From an uncultured delta proteobacterium (lineage in GTDB: Bacteria > Myxococcota_A > Polyangia > Polyangiales > Polyangiaceae): a DNA stretch of 64,000 bases. The position numbers were made by a program, and so were the translations under genes. The notes below the pieces were generated by a model. The model searched no databases. It was not told the DNA's origin and saw only the letters and a list, made by a program, of their open reading frames with translations. The DNA is taken from the NCBI GenBank assembly GCA_963806225.1, contig CAWDXG010000001.1, positions 1,952,001 through 2,016,000 of the forward strand, given 5' to 3'. This document shows positions 48,618 to 58,159 of this stretch, piece by piece. The stretch's first letter is position 1. Every line of letters starts with the position of its first letter.

Positions 48618-49189
48618 GACGCCTCCAGCCAGTTGGAAAGCAGCTTCATCCCATGCGCGGTCAGGATCGACTCGGGATGGAACTGCATGCCCTCCACGTC
48701 CAGGCTCCGGTGCCTCAGGCCCATGATCTCCCCCTCGCTGGTCCAGGCGCTGATTTCCAGGCAGCCCGGCAGGCTCTCACGCTCCACGATGAGTGAATGA
48801 TAGCGCGTCGCCTCGAAGGGGCAGGGGAGCTCCCGGAACACGCCGCGGCCGTCGTGCTCGATGGGCGAGGTCTTGCCGTGCATGAGCCGCGCCGCCCGCA
48901 CGACGCGCCCGCCGAACGCCTGCGCGATGGCCTGGTGCCCCAGACACACGCCCAGCAGCGGCACCTTGCCGGCCAGCGCGTCGATCGTGGCCAGCGTGAT
49001 GCCGGCGTCGTCCGGCGTGCCCGGCCCCGGCGACAGCAGCACGCCGTCGGGGGCGGCTGCGGCAATGGCTTCGGGCGTGGTGCGATCGTTCAGGCGCACG
49101 TCGCAGCTCGCGCCAAGCGTTTCGAGATACTGCACGAGATTGTAGGTAAACGAGTCGTAGTTATCGACCACCACGACGCGCTTCTTCAC
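48614..49189 (-). CDS. trpG: Anthranilate/aminodeoxychorismate synthase glutamine amidotransferase component II
   Basis: [34 protein letters not shown]. Confidence 0.93.
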   Translation of the reverse strand: MKKRVVVVDNYDSFTYNLVQYLETLGASCDVRLNDRTTPEAIAAAAPDGVLLSPGPGTPDDAGITLATIDALAGKVPLLGVCLGHQAIAQAFGGRVVRAARLMHGKTSPIEHDGRGVFRELPCPFEATRYHSLIVERESLPGCLEISAWTSEGEIMGLRHRSLDVEGMQFHPESILTAHGMKLLSNWLEAS

Positions 49190-49276
49190 GCCCCGGAGCG
49201 TGGCATCGGCCCGGGGCCCGGTCAATCTGACGCAGAAACTGGGGCCTCCCGCACCGGTCCCGATACGATCACGTCC

Positions 49277-49582
49277 ATGTTCGACCGCCGCCACGCCTTC
49301 CGTAGACCCATCGATATGTTCTTCAACAAGTTCCTCGATGGGCATCCGTATCTGTGCCGCTCCGTGGACCTATCGCCGGGCGGGCTTCTCGCCGTGACCT
49401 TCTCCGAGCCCCGCTCCATCCGCGGCTCGTTCCCCCTCGAGTTGCGGCTGCCCGGTGACGAGGCGGACAGCCTCTGGATCTGGGCGCGTGGGGTGTGGAG
49501 GCAGGGCACGCGCCAGGCGATCGAGTTCGTGGGCCTCGATGCCGGAGACCGCGAGCGCCTCGACTGCTACCTCATGAGCTGA
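49277..49582 (+). CDS. Stand-alone PilZ domain protein
   Basis: RRHAFR (RxxxR) and DLSPGG (DxSxxG) motifs. Confidence 0.8.
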   Translation: MFDRRHAFRRPIDMFFNKFLDGHPYLCRSVDLSPGGLLAVTFSEPRSIRGSFPLELRLPGDEADSLWIWARGVWRQGTRQAIEFVGLDAGDRERLDCYLMS

Positions 49583-49625
49583 TCGTTTCCATCCCACCCA
49601 CCCCCGCCGTCGGCTTGCTCGTCGG

Positions 49626-50501
49626 CTAGTAGCCGTGCTCGCGGAAGAACTTCTCGATGCGGAGGTTCACGAGCTCGGGGTATTCGACGGCCGTGTAGTG
49701 CGTGGCGCCGCGCACCACGAGGATCTCTCCGCCCGGCACTCGCCGGGCCATCTGCTGGGCCAGCTGGCGCGGCGTGAAGGCGTCGCGGTCGCCGGTGATG
49801 ACCAGCGTGGGTACCTCGATGCGTTCGAGCACGTCGGACGCATCGTGGTCGCCGAGCGAGCGCAGGATGCGCATGTACACGTCCAGGTCGAGCGTCGCGA
49901 ACTCCTGCGCCAGCTCGCGGAACAGATCCTCGTCCAGCGTGTTGCCCGCCAGCCGGAGCCGCTTCAGCCACAGCACCGTCTCGGGCCAGCGGCTGGCCCG
50001 CCGGAGCACCGCCGAGCCCAGCTCGTGGAAGCGCCGGACCTGTTCGATGGCGCCGGGGATGAGCCGGGACGCCATCGGGATCGCCACCGTGTGCAGCGGG
50101 CGGCCGAACGTGCCGTTGATGAGCACCAGGTGGCTCACCCGCTCGGGGTGGCGGGCGTACAGCTCGAGCAGCACCTGCACGCCCATGCTCCAGCCGATGA
50201 ACGCGGCGCGTTCGATGCCGGTGGCATCGAGCACCCGCTCCAGATCGTCGACATGCGCCGGGACGTCGACCCGCGGCGGGTCGCCGGGCGGCCGGGACGA
50301 TCCGTACAGTCCGCGATAGTCCCAGCTCACGATCCGGTGGCGGCCGCGCAGGTACTCGATCTGGTGGCGCCAGGCCGTGACCGAGCCACCCAGACCGTTG
50401 GCCAGAACGACCGGCAGGCCGTCGCCAGCGGTGTCGTGGTAGGCGAGGGTGGTACCGTCTGCCGTCTCCAGCGTGTGGGTCTCGAGCTCGAGGGGGGCCA
50501 T
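49626..50501 (-). CDS. Alpha/beta hydrolase
   Basis: NGLGG, WDYRGLYGS, GWSMG nucleophile elbow, GDRDAFTP, GATH. Confidence 0.9.
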   Translation of the reverse strand: MAPLELETHTLETADGTTLAYHDTAGDGLPVVLANGLGGSVTAWRHQIEYLRGRHRIVSWDYRGLYGSSRPPGDPPRVDVPAHVDDLERVLDATGIERAAFIGWSMGVQVLLELYARHPERVSHLVLINGTFGRPLHTVAIPMASRLIPGAIEQVRRFHELGSAVLRRASRWPETVLWLKRLRLAGNTLDEDLFRELAQEFATLDLDVYMRILRSLGDHDASDVLERIEVPTLVITGDRDAFTPRQLAQQMARRVPGGEILVVRGATHYTAVEYPELVNLRIEKFFREHGY

Positions 50502-50708
50502 GCGGGCGTGGCATCCAAGCCCGTCACGGGCCGCGCGGCAAGGGCGGCGAGCCCCGGGCGGCCCAACGGTCAATGCGCCTCCGGGGTCGAACGGAGCCGA
50601 CCCGAAGATTCAATCTTGCCGGCTGGTTGTTCGACCGCTACTGTGCCGCCCAATCGCCGCGGCACGTCGCCGTTTCCCTGCGACAACCCCCGCAGACACG
50701 ATAGCTCG

Positions 50709-51842
50709 ATGGCCGACGAAAAGAAGCCCAGAATAGATCTCAAGGCCCGCCTCGGGAAGAAGACCGTCACCACGCCGGGAGGTCCTTCCATTCCCCCTCC
50801 GGTAGGGATCCCCAAGCCTAGCGGGGTTCCCGTTCCGCCGTTCGGTTCGCAGAGGCAGGCGGCACCGAAGGTAGACGCGTCCGACCCCTACGCTGCCATC
50901 TCGGCGGATGCCGCGCCGACTCGTTCCGAGCCGCAGGCCATCAAGGTCGAGATGAGCGAGGAGGTGGTCGCCGCGCAGAAGAAGGGGCGCGCGCGCATCA
51001 TCGTGCTCGCGGCTGCCGCGGCTGTCGTGGGCGGCGCCATCGGTTTCTCGATCGGCAGCGGCGTGGAGCGCGGCAAGGGCGCCGACAAGGCGATCGCCGG
51101 CGCGCAGACCCTGGTGAAGAAGGTCGACAAGGCCAACCAGGAGCTGGAAAGCCTCTCGGAGGTGCTGAAGTCCGCCAAGGAGAAGCTCGCGGACAACAAG
51201 TACCCGGAAGAGGCGGTCAAGAAGCTCGGCGGCATCGACATCCCCTTCACCGGGACGGATCTCGTCGGAATGGGCATCGGCCGCTTCAAGCCGGAAGTCG
51301 TGACGATGCTGGTGTCGTTCGCCAGCGGCGCGGCGGCGGCCAATGATCAGAAGGACAGGATCCGCAGCGTGCTGACCGGCGCCAAGCCGGCCATCACCGA
51401 CTTCCTGTCGCAGAAGTCGAACCCCAAGGTGCGCTGGTCGATGTACCTGCAGACCGGTCCGTATGGCCCCTGGGCGGTGATGCAGCCGCTTCCGAAGCCG
51501 TTCCTCGTCAAGCAGGACAAGAGCGCGAAGGACGACAAGAAGCCCTACAAGTGGCCCGAGAAGTTCGACATCAAGGACAGCGGCAAGACGTACCACCTGA
51601 AGCGCTACACCGGCGGCGACCCCACCAAGGGTGGCGGTGACCCGAAGATCATCCCGGTGGATCCGAGCTCGCAGGGTTCGGTGTGCCCGTCCGACGTGCT
51701 CATCAAGCTGCGGAGCGAGCTCGGCAAGATGCAGCAGACGCTGCAGGGCGACAAGACGCCCGGCCAAGAGAAGCAGGGGCTTATCGACACCGGCAAGATT
51801 CTGGTCGAGAAGCTCAAGGGCATCGGCGCGCCCTCGGGCTGA
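50709..51842 (+). CDS. Single-pass membrane hypothetical protein
   Basis: MADEKKPRIDLKARLG, a Pro-rich segment, one TM, then a Lys-rich domain. Confidence 0.75.
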   Translation: MADEKKPRIDLKARLGKKTVTTPGGPSIPPPVGIPKPSGVPVPPFGSQRQAAPKVDASDPYAAISADAAPTRSEPQAIKVEMSEEVVAAQKKGRARIIVLAAAAAVVGGAIGFSIGSGVERGKGADKAIAGAQTLVKKVDKANQELESLSEVLKSAKEKLADNKYPEEAVKKLGGIDIPFTGTDLVGMGIGRFKPEVVTMLVSFASGAAAANDQKDRIRSVLTGAKPAITDFLSQKSNPKVRWSMYLQTGPYGPWAVMQPLPKPFLVKQDKSAKDDKKPYKWPEKFDIKDSGKTYHLKRYTGGDPTKGGGDPKIIPVDPSSQGSVCPSDVLIKLRSELGKMQQTLQGDKTPGQEKQGLIDTGKILVEKLKGIGAPSG

Positions 51843-51860
51843 GCTCCCGCCCCCGGTGGA

Positions 51861-52196
51861 TCAGCGCGGCACGCGGCCGAAGGCGACGCCGGAGTCGTCG
51901 GCCTGGATGTCGGTGTAGCCGCGGGCGAGCAGCGCGGTGCAACGCACCGCGAGCGGCACGCCGGCCCGGCGCCGGCCAGCGATCAGGCCGAACAACCTGC
52001 GGCTTGCGGCGGGGCCGGCGCCCAGCGCCACCCAGCTGCCGGGAGCGAGCGTCGACGGGTCGGGCAGCTGCCCGGACAGCAGCCTCAACAGACCGTCGCC
52101 GTACTCCGCTCCGGGCTCGGGGTGCAGGAAGAGCGCCGCGTGCTCGCCGGGTGCGAGCGGCACGCTGCCGTCGGCTGCCTCCCCGCGACGCGTCAT
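51861..52196 (-). CDS. Hypothetical protein
   Basis: ATGA overlap with the upstream stop; RCTALLARGY. Confidence 0.55.
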   Translation of the reverse strand: MTRRGEAADGSVPLAPGEHAALFLHPEPGAEYGDGLLRLLSGQLPDPSTLAPGSWVALGAGPAASRRLFGLIAGRRRAGVPLAVRCTALLARGYTDIQADDSGVAFGRVPR

Positions 52197-53509
52197 GCGG
52201 CGGTCATGCGGGAGGAGCGGGGCGACACCGACTCCTTGGATGACGAGCGCACGATCTCCACGCGCGCCACGCACCGCTCGTCGGCTTCACGCACCAGGAA
52301 GTCGAGGCCAAGGGCCGACAGGCGGGCGCCAACGCGCGGGACGCGCCCGAGCTGGTCGACGATGAATCCGCCGAGCGAGTTGTAGTCGCCGTCTTCCGGG
52401 AACTCGGCCCCGAGGTAGTCGCTCAGATCGTCGATCGGCACGCTCGCATCCACGAGCAGTCGCCCGTCGCCCAGGTCCACGATCGGCGCTTCGTCCTCGT
52501 CGTGCTCGTCCTGGATGTCGCCGACGATCTCCTCGATCAGGTCTTCCAGAGTCACGATCCCCGACATGCCTCCGAACTCGTCGATCACGATCGCCATGTG
52601 CTGGCGCAGCGCGCGCATGTCCTTGAGCACGCTGGAAGCGGACTGGCCCTCGGGCACGTAGACGGCCGGGCCGCGCACGATGTCCGTGAACGCTAGCTGC
52701 TCCAGATCGCCCGACGCCAGGTGGCTGGTCAGATCCTTGACGTGCAGGATCCCGACCACGTTGTCGATGCGCTCGCGGAACACCGGGTAGCGGGAGTGGC
52801 CGTTTTCGACGACCAGGCGCAACAGCTCGTCCGTCGGAGTCTCGATGTCGAAGGCGGTGACGCGCGTACGCGGCACCATCAGCTCGCCGGCCGTTAGATC
52901 GCCGAAGTCGAGCACGTTGCGGATCATCTCCGACTGTTCGTGATCGAGCGAGCCGTTCAGCTCGCCTTCGTTGACGATGATCTCGACCTCGGTCTCGGTC
53001 ATCCGCGGCGAGATGGCCGGCCGCGCCAGGAGCCCGCCGAATATCTCGCCCAGCCACACGATGGGTGCCGCCAGCGGCGCCACGACCATTTCCAGCGGCC
53101 ACAGCAAGCGCAGCAGCAGGGGCGCCGAGCGTTCGGCGGTGCGCGCCGCCATCACCCGGCCGATCTCGGCCGGGACGGCATAGGCCAGGAGCGCGAGGAG
53201 CGCGGCCAGCTCCGGCAGCCAGCCGCCGAGCGAGTGCGGCAGGAGCTGGCCGATGAGCAGCGCGCTCACCGCGATGCCGAGCACGCGCAGCACCAGCCAG
53301 CGCGACTCGATCGCCTCGCCGTGGTCGAGGTAGCGCGCGATCGCATGACGCGGACGCCCCTCCAGTGCGTCGCGGAGCGCGGCCTTGCGGGCTCCCGACA
53401 GCGCGCTGAGCGCCGCGTTGGCTGCCGCGAACACGGCGGCGCCCAGAGCGGGCAACACGGCGACAGCGAGGTGGGTGGCTAGTGGTTCTGGTGGAGAAGC
53501 TGGGTCCAA
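52193..53509 (-). CDS. HlyC/CorC (CNNM-CBS) hemolysin-family transporter
   Basis: TM region, MVPRT, HSRYPV, HMAIVIDEFGGMSGIVTLEDLIEEIVGDIQDEHD, SLGGFI; start uncertain. Confidence 0.9.
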   Translation of the reverse strand: MDPASPPEPLATHLAVAVLPALGAAVFAAANAALSALSGARKAALRDALEGRPRHAIARYLDHGEAIESRWLVLRVLGIAVSALLIGQLLPHSLGGWLPELAALLALLAYAVPAEIGRVMAARTAERSAPLLLRLLWPLEMVVAPLAAPIVWLGEIFGGLLARPAISPRMTETEVEIIVNEGELNGSLDHEQSEMIRNVLDFGDLTAGELMVPRTRVTAFDIETPTDELLRLVVENGHSRYPVFRERIDNVVGILHVKDLTSHLASGDLEQLAFTDIVRGPAVYVPEGQSASSVLKDMRALRQHMAIVIDEFGGMSGIVTLEDLIEEIVGDIQDEHDEDEAPIVDLGDGRLLVDASVPIDDLSDYLGAEFPEDGDYNSLGGFIVDQLGRVPRVGARLSALGLDFLVREADERCVARVEIVRSSSKESVSPRSSRMTAA

Positions 53510-53615
53510 CGGTTTCTTTTTTCGGGTGCGGCTCGGCACCCATCCCCCGAGACCAAATCTAGCGTTCCGGAGACCGGGCGCGCAACCCGCGCAGCAATGT
53601 GTCCGATGAGGGGCC

Positions 53616-54305
53616 GTGTCCAGTCCGGTACATTCCGTCTCCAGCGCCTCGCAGAAGCCCTCCGCGGCTCCCACCCGCAGCCCGCAGCCCGCGAGAAAAG
53701 GCAGTAATCACGGTGGCTTCTCCCACCTGCTCCGGGCGCGCCCAGGTGCTTGCAAGGGTTCCCGGCCGGTCGCCGGGAAGCAGCCCGGCCCTCGTGCGTC
53801 CAGCCAGTCCGGGGCGCGGGGCGCCGGTCTGCGCGCCGGGGGCCCCGGAAAAGAAGCTGCGTGCGTCGCCCCGCCGCCCCGTCCGCTGGACGAGGGCCGC
53901 GAGCGCCACGAGGCGCATCACGCCGACGGCGGCGACGGCCCGCGCGGCGGCGGCTTGCTCGACCCGCTGACCCGCAGCTTCGCGCACGGCCAGATGCACA
54001 TGGCCGCGGCGGCGTCTCCCCCGGCGGCGCTGCCGCCGAACCCGACGCTGGTGCACCTCGACCAGATGATGACGAAGCTCGTGCGCAAGGTGGCGTGGGG
54101 CGGCGACGGGCGGCGCGGCGCGGCTCGCATCGAGCTCGGTGCCGGCGAGCTCGCGGGCGCGACCATCCTCGTCGAGAGCGACAACGGCGCGCTGTCGGTG
54201 GACGTCGAGCTGCCGCCCGGCGCCGCGGCGGACGTGTGGCGCGAGCGCCTCGAGAAGCGGTTCAAGGGTCGCGGCTTCGATCTGGTCGAGCTCAACGTGC
54301 GTTGA
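53616..54305 (+). CDS. Hypothetical protein with a FliK/SctP-like C-terminal domain
   Basis: Disordered N-terminus, then ARIELGAGELAGATILVESDNGALSVDV...ERLEKRFKGRGF. Confidence 0.5.
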   Translation: MSSPVHSVSSASQKPSAAPTRSPQPARKGSNHGGFSHLLRARPGACKGSRPVAGKQPGPRASSQSGARGAGLRAGGPGKEAACVAPPPRPLDEGRERHEAHHADGGDGPRGGGLLDPLTRSFAHGQMHMAAAASPPAALPPNPTLVHLDQMMTKLVRKVAWGGDGRRGAARIELGAGELAGATILVESDNGALSVDVELPPGAAADVWRERLEKRFKGRGFDLVELNVR

Positions 54306-55200
54306 AGCCGCGCAGCACAGCGTACAGGGTCGCGTCCCGCCGCTGTCCGAGCGCCACGAGCTGTCCGTCGGCGTCGAGCCAGGCCACGGCGCGGCTGCCC
54401 GGATCGCCGTGGATCGCCTCGGCGTCCTCGCTGAAGTCTGCGGCTTCCAGCTTCTGGCCGAGACGCGCCCGTTTCGCGCCGCGCTCGGTCAGCTGCGTGC
54501 TCGGCAGCGCGCGGCGGGCCGCGTCGGCGACCGGGATGGGCGTTACTACGCCGACAGGTGGCCAGGGCACGGCCTCGTCGATGTGGAAAGGGCCGCTGGA
54601 AAGGCGCCGCAACGCGGACAGATGCGCCGGGACGCCGAGCCGCGCGCCCAGATCGCGTGCCAGCGCGCGCACGTAGTAGCCCTTCGAGACCGTCATCTCG
54701 AGCGTGATGGCGGCGGGTTCGAGCGCCACCAGCTCGAGCTGCTCGACCCGCACCACGCGCGGCGGGAGCTCCACGTGCTCGCCGCGGCGGCTCTTCCGGT
54801 GCGCGCGCTGTCCCGCCACCTTGATAGCGCTGAACACGGGCGGGATCTGCTCCCGTCGTTCCGTTTCCGCCGCGATGGCGGCGAGCACCGCCTCGCGCGT
54901 GGCCGACCCCGGCTCGAGCTCGCGCTCGTCGGTGGTGTCCCCTTCGGCGTCCAGCGTGTCGGTGCTGCGGCCGAGCGCGACGACCGCGCGATAGCGCTTG
55001 TCGTCGAGCGTCAGATGGCCAGAGAGCTTCGTTGCTTCCCCCAGCAGCACGAGCAGCACACCCGTCGCCATCGGGTCCAACGTGCCGGCGTGGCCGGCAT
55101 GCCGCGTGTCGAACAACCGTCGCGCCTGGGCCACCACCTTCTGGCTGGTGGGCCCGCGCGGCTTGTCGACGACCACGACCCCTTCGAGGGAATGCGCCAT
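54292..55200 (-). CDS. truB: tRNA pseudouridine(55) synthase
   Basis: VDKPRGPTS, GHAGTLDPMATGVL, QIPPVFSAIKV, SKGYYVRALARDLG. Confidence 0.96.
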   Translation of the reverse strand: MAHSLEGVVVVDKPRGPTSQKVVAQARRLFDTRHAGHAGTLDPMATGVLLVLLGEATKLSGHLTLDDKRYRAVVALGRSTDTLDAEGDTTDERELEPGSATREAVLAAIAAETERREQIPPVFSAIKVAGQRAHRKSRRGEHVELPPRVVRVEQLELVALEPAAITLEMTVSKGYYVRALARDLGARLGVPAHLSALRRLSSGPFHIDEAVPWPPVGVVTPIPVADAARRALPSTQLTERGAKRARLGQKLEAADFSEDAEAIHGDPGSRAVAWLDADGQLVALGQRRDATLYAVLRGFNAR

Positions 55201-55219
55201 GGCTCTGCGGTCGGCGGAC

Positions 55220-56822
55220 TCAGCCGAACCAGACGCTCTGCCGCTCCCTCAGTGCGTTGTCGAGCATGCGCTGGATGGTCGTGCGCACCTGCTCCGACAG
55301 CCGCCCGACCAGCACGTGATCGTCGGCGGCTTCCGGTCCGTACTCGTCGAAACGGATTGGCTCGCCGAAGCGGATGCGCCACTTGGTAGGCGCGGGCAAA
55401 AGGCCGAGCGGGCCCAGCCACGGGAAGGTGGGCGTGACCGGGATGTAGGGCAGACCGAACGCCCGCGACAGGTACTCGACCCGGTACAGCATCGGATTGG
55501 TCTCTTCCGCTCCGAGGATTGCGCAGGGTACGAGCGGAGTCTGCGTGCGCAGGCACAGGCGGATGTAGCCGCCCCGCCCGAATCGCTGCAGCCGGTAGCG
55601 ATCGCGGTACAGCTTGCCGACGCCTTTGATGCCCTCGGGAAACACACCGACCAGCCGTCCCTGCTTCAGGAGTCGCTCGGCGTTTTCCTGACAGGCGCGG
55701 ACCGCCCCGATGCGGTTCATGAACGCGCCCATGAAGGGCAGGTAGTAGATGAAGTCCTCGGTCAGCCAGCGCAGCTCGCGCGCTGCCGGATGCTCGAGAC
55801 GCACGGCCGTGCGCAGCATCATGCCGTCGAACGGCACCGTTCCCGAGTGGTTGGCGACGACCAGACAGCGGCCCTCTGCGGGGATGCTCTCGACCCCGCG
55901 TGTCTCGCTGCGGAAGTAGCGCTTGTAAAGGAAATCGAACAGCGGCCGGAGCCTCTTTTCGTAGGTGGGGTCCAGCCCGAAGTCGTCGACCTCCTCGGAG
56001 CGGTTGCGCATGCCGATGCGCCCCCACTGCCGGATGTAGTAGTCGCTGGACGAAAGCTCGCGGACAGCGTCCACGACGCCGCCGTCGTCGCTGCCTGGTC
56101 GTTCAAGCGGTAGCGGCGCGGAAAGTCGATCCACGACCGCGCGCGCCGCGCTGCCCACCTGTTCGCGGATCGAGGGTGGCGGCTCGCTCTCGTCATCGCG
56201 CGGTCCGCCCGCGCGGCGGATCATTCCGTCGAGCCGCGCCTCCAGCGCGCGGATCTGCGCCTCGACTTCCTGTTGCGTGAGCTCGAAGTTGCCCGTGTCG
56301 GCCGGTCCGGGCGGCTCGCTCGGCGGCGCGACGTCCTCGCCGTACGCCATCACCGGCGGGACGATCCGCGACCCGATGCCGAGCGCGTGCGGGTCCTCCG
56401 CGTCTTCGTAGCGCGCGCGGCGGCCGCTGCGCGCGGGGCGCTCGGCAGCCTCCGGCGAGCTCGCTTCCGGCGTCTGCTCCGGCTTGTCCGGCTTGTCCCC
56501 GGGCGCTGCCGTCTGCTCCCGCTTGTCCCCGGTGGTCTTGTTCTTCGCTGTCCTGCGCGACGCAGTCCGCTGCTCGCTGTCACTGCGCGTCTTCGCGGCT
56601 GCGCGCTTCCTGGGGGTGCGGCGGGTGCGCGCTTTCTTCTTCGCCGGCTTCTTCGGCGGCGTCGCTTCCTCCTTGCCCTGCGGCTCGCCGCCGCTCGCTT
56701 GTGCGTCGCGCCGCCGCTTCGCGGGCGACGCGCTTCGGCCGGCTCGACCGGCCGGCGTCCGCCGCAGCGTCGCTGTCCGGCGCGACCGGGTCCTTGTCCT
56801 TGTCGGGGGGCTTCGCGGTCAC
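55220..56822 (-). CDS. Lysophospholipid acyltransferase family protein; core 55220-56353, probable frameshifted low-complexity N-terminus up to GTG 56822
   Basis: VDDFGLD, VVANHSGTVPFDG, VFPEG, FGRGG. GTGA overlap with the epimerase stop at 56819-56822. Confidence 0.8.
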
Positions 56823-57915
56823 GCTGGCGTCTCCGAGAGTAGCTTCGCGTCGCGCAGGTGCTGCGCGCTGGCGTAGTCGATGAGCGCTTCGCGCGTCGTG
56901 TACACCGGGGAAAATCCCATCACCTTGCGCGCGTGCTCTCCGTCCGCGACGCACAGATACTGGAAGTAGTCGATGAACGAAGGCGGCGCCTCGGCCAGCT
57001 GTGCGAGCCAGAGCGCGCTCGCGATGGGCTGGTACACGCGAGCGTGGCAGCGGGATGCCGACGCGCCCTGCAAGCTTGATGGTCGTGCTGAGCGGCAGCA
57101 CGCCCTCGCCGACGATGTTGAAGATGCCGGGCGTATCGCGGTCGATGGCCAGCTTGAACGCCGCGATGGCGTCCGCCTCGTGCACGAACTGCCAGAGCGG
57201 ATCGAAGCCGAGCACCGTGGGTACGATACGCCGGCTGAGGTAGCGGGTGAGATAGTTGTCTACAGTCGGGCCCAGGATCGGCGCCGTCCTGCAGGATCGT
57301 GACGACACGTCCCTTGCCGGGCCTTCCGAAGCGCAGCGCGTCGTTTTCCGCTTCGATCTTGTCGGCAAAGAACGGCTCCTCGCGCCGGGCGCGGAGCGGA
57401 TGCTTCTCGGTGAGGAAGTTCGGGTTGGTCGGGTGCGCGCCGTACAGCACGGTCTGGCTCCACATGACCAGCTTGTGCACGCGCGCCCGCCGGCAGGCGT
57501 TGAGCACGTGCATCGTGCCGACGCTTTCCAGCTCGTGCGCCCATCCCGCCGAGTGGGTCGGCGACGCGAGAAAGGCCAGGTGCGCCAGCGTGTCGACGCC
57601 CTCTGCCGCGAAGATCTCGGCGAGACGCTCCTCGGTGGCAGGCTGGGTCAGGTCGATGTCGTAGAGCCGCGTCCTCGCCCCGGCGGTGGGGGGCGTCTTC
57701 ACGTCCAGGCTGACGATGCGGCGGACGCGCGGATCTTCCTCGAGAAGACCGATAAGGTTCTGTCCGACGAAGGAGCTGGCGCCGGTCACGGCAACCACGC
57801 GTCCTTCGCGTCCGCGGCTCACCTCGCGCGAGCCGCTGCGCGCGAGCGATCCGCGCGTCCCGCCCCCGGAACCCTGTGCAGCTTCGGCGGATCCGCCTTT
57901 TCGCCGGCTAGCCAT
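56819..57915 (-). CDS. NAD-dependent epimerase/dehydratase (frameshifts near 57290 and 57050)
   Basis: VAVTGASSFVG, HLAF, then APILGP...QFVHEAD...FNIVGEG, then YLCVADG...GFSPVYTT in three frames. Confidence 0.85.
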
Positions 57916-58159
57916 GGTCGCCGAGAAAGTAATGACAGCCCGTGGCAAATTGAAAGGCGATTGTCACGCCGTGCGCCTGGATGCCCTGCCGGCCCGCAAA
58001 TCACGGTACTGTCGCGGCCGCTTCGAGCCGGCAGGTCCGGTCGATGTAGGTTGTGGTGCGACGCTGTCCCCCTGATGATAATCCACGGCCCGGCCGCCCA
58101 CGGACACACAAGGGGATGAGTCTGTCGCCACTGGTGCGTTTGCGCTATTGTAGTGGCAG

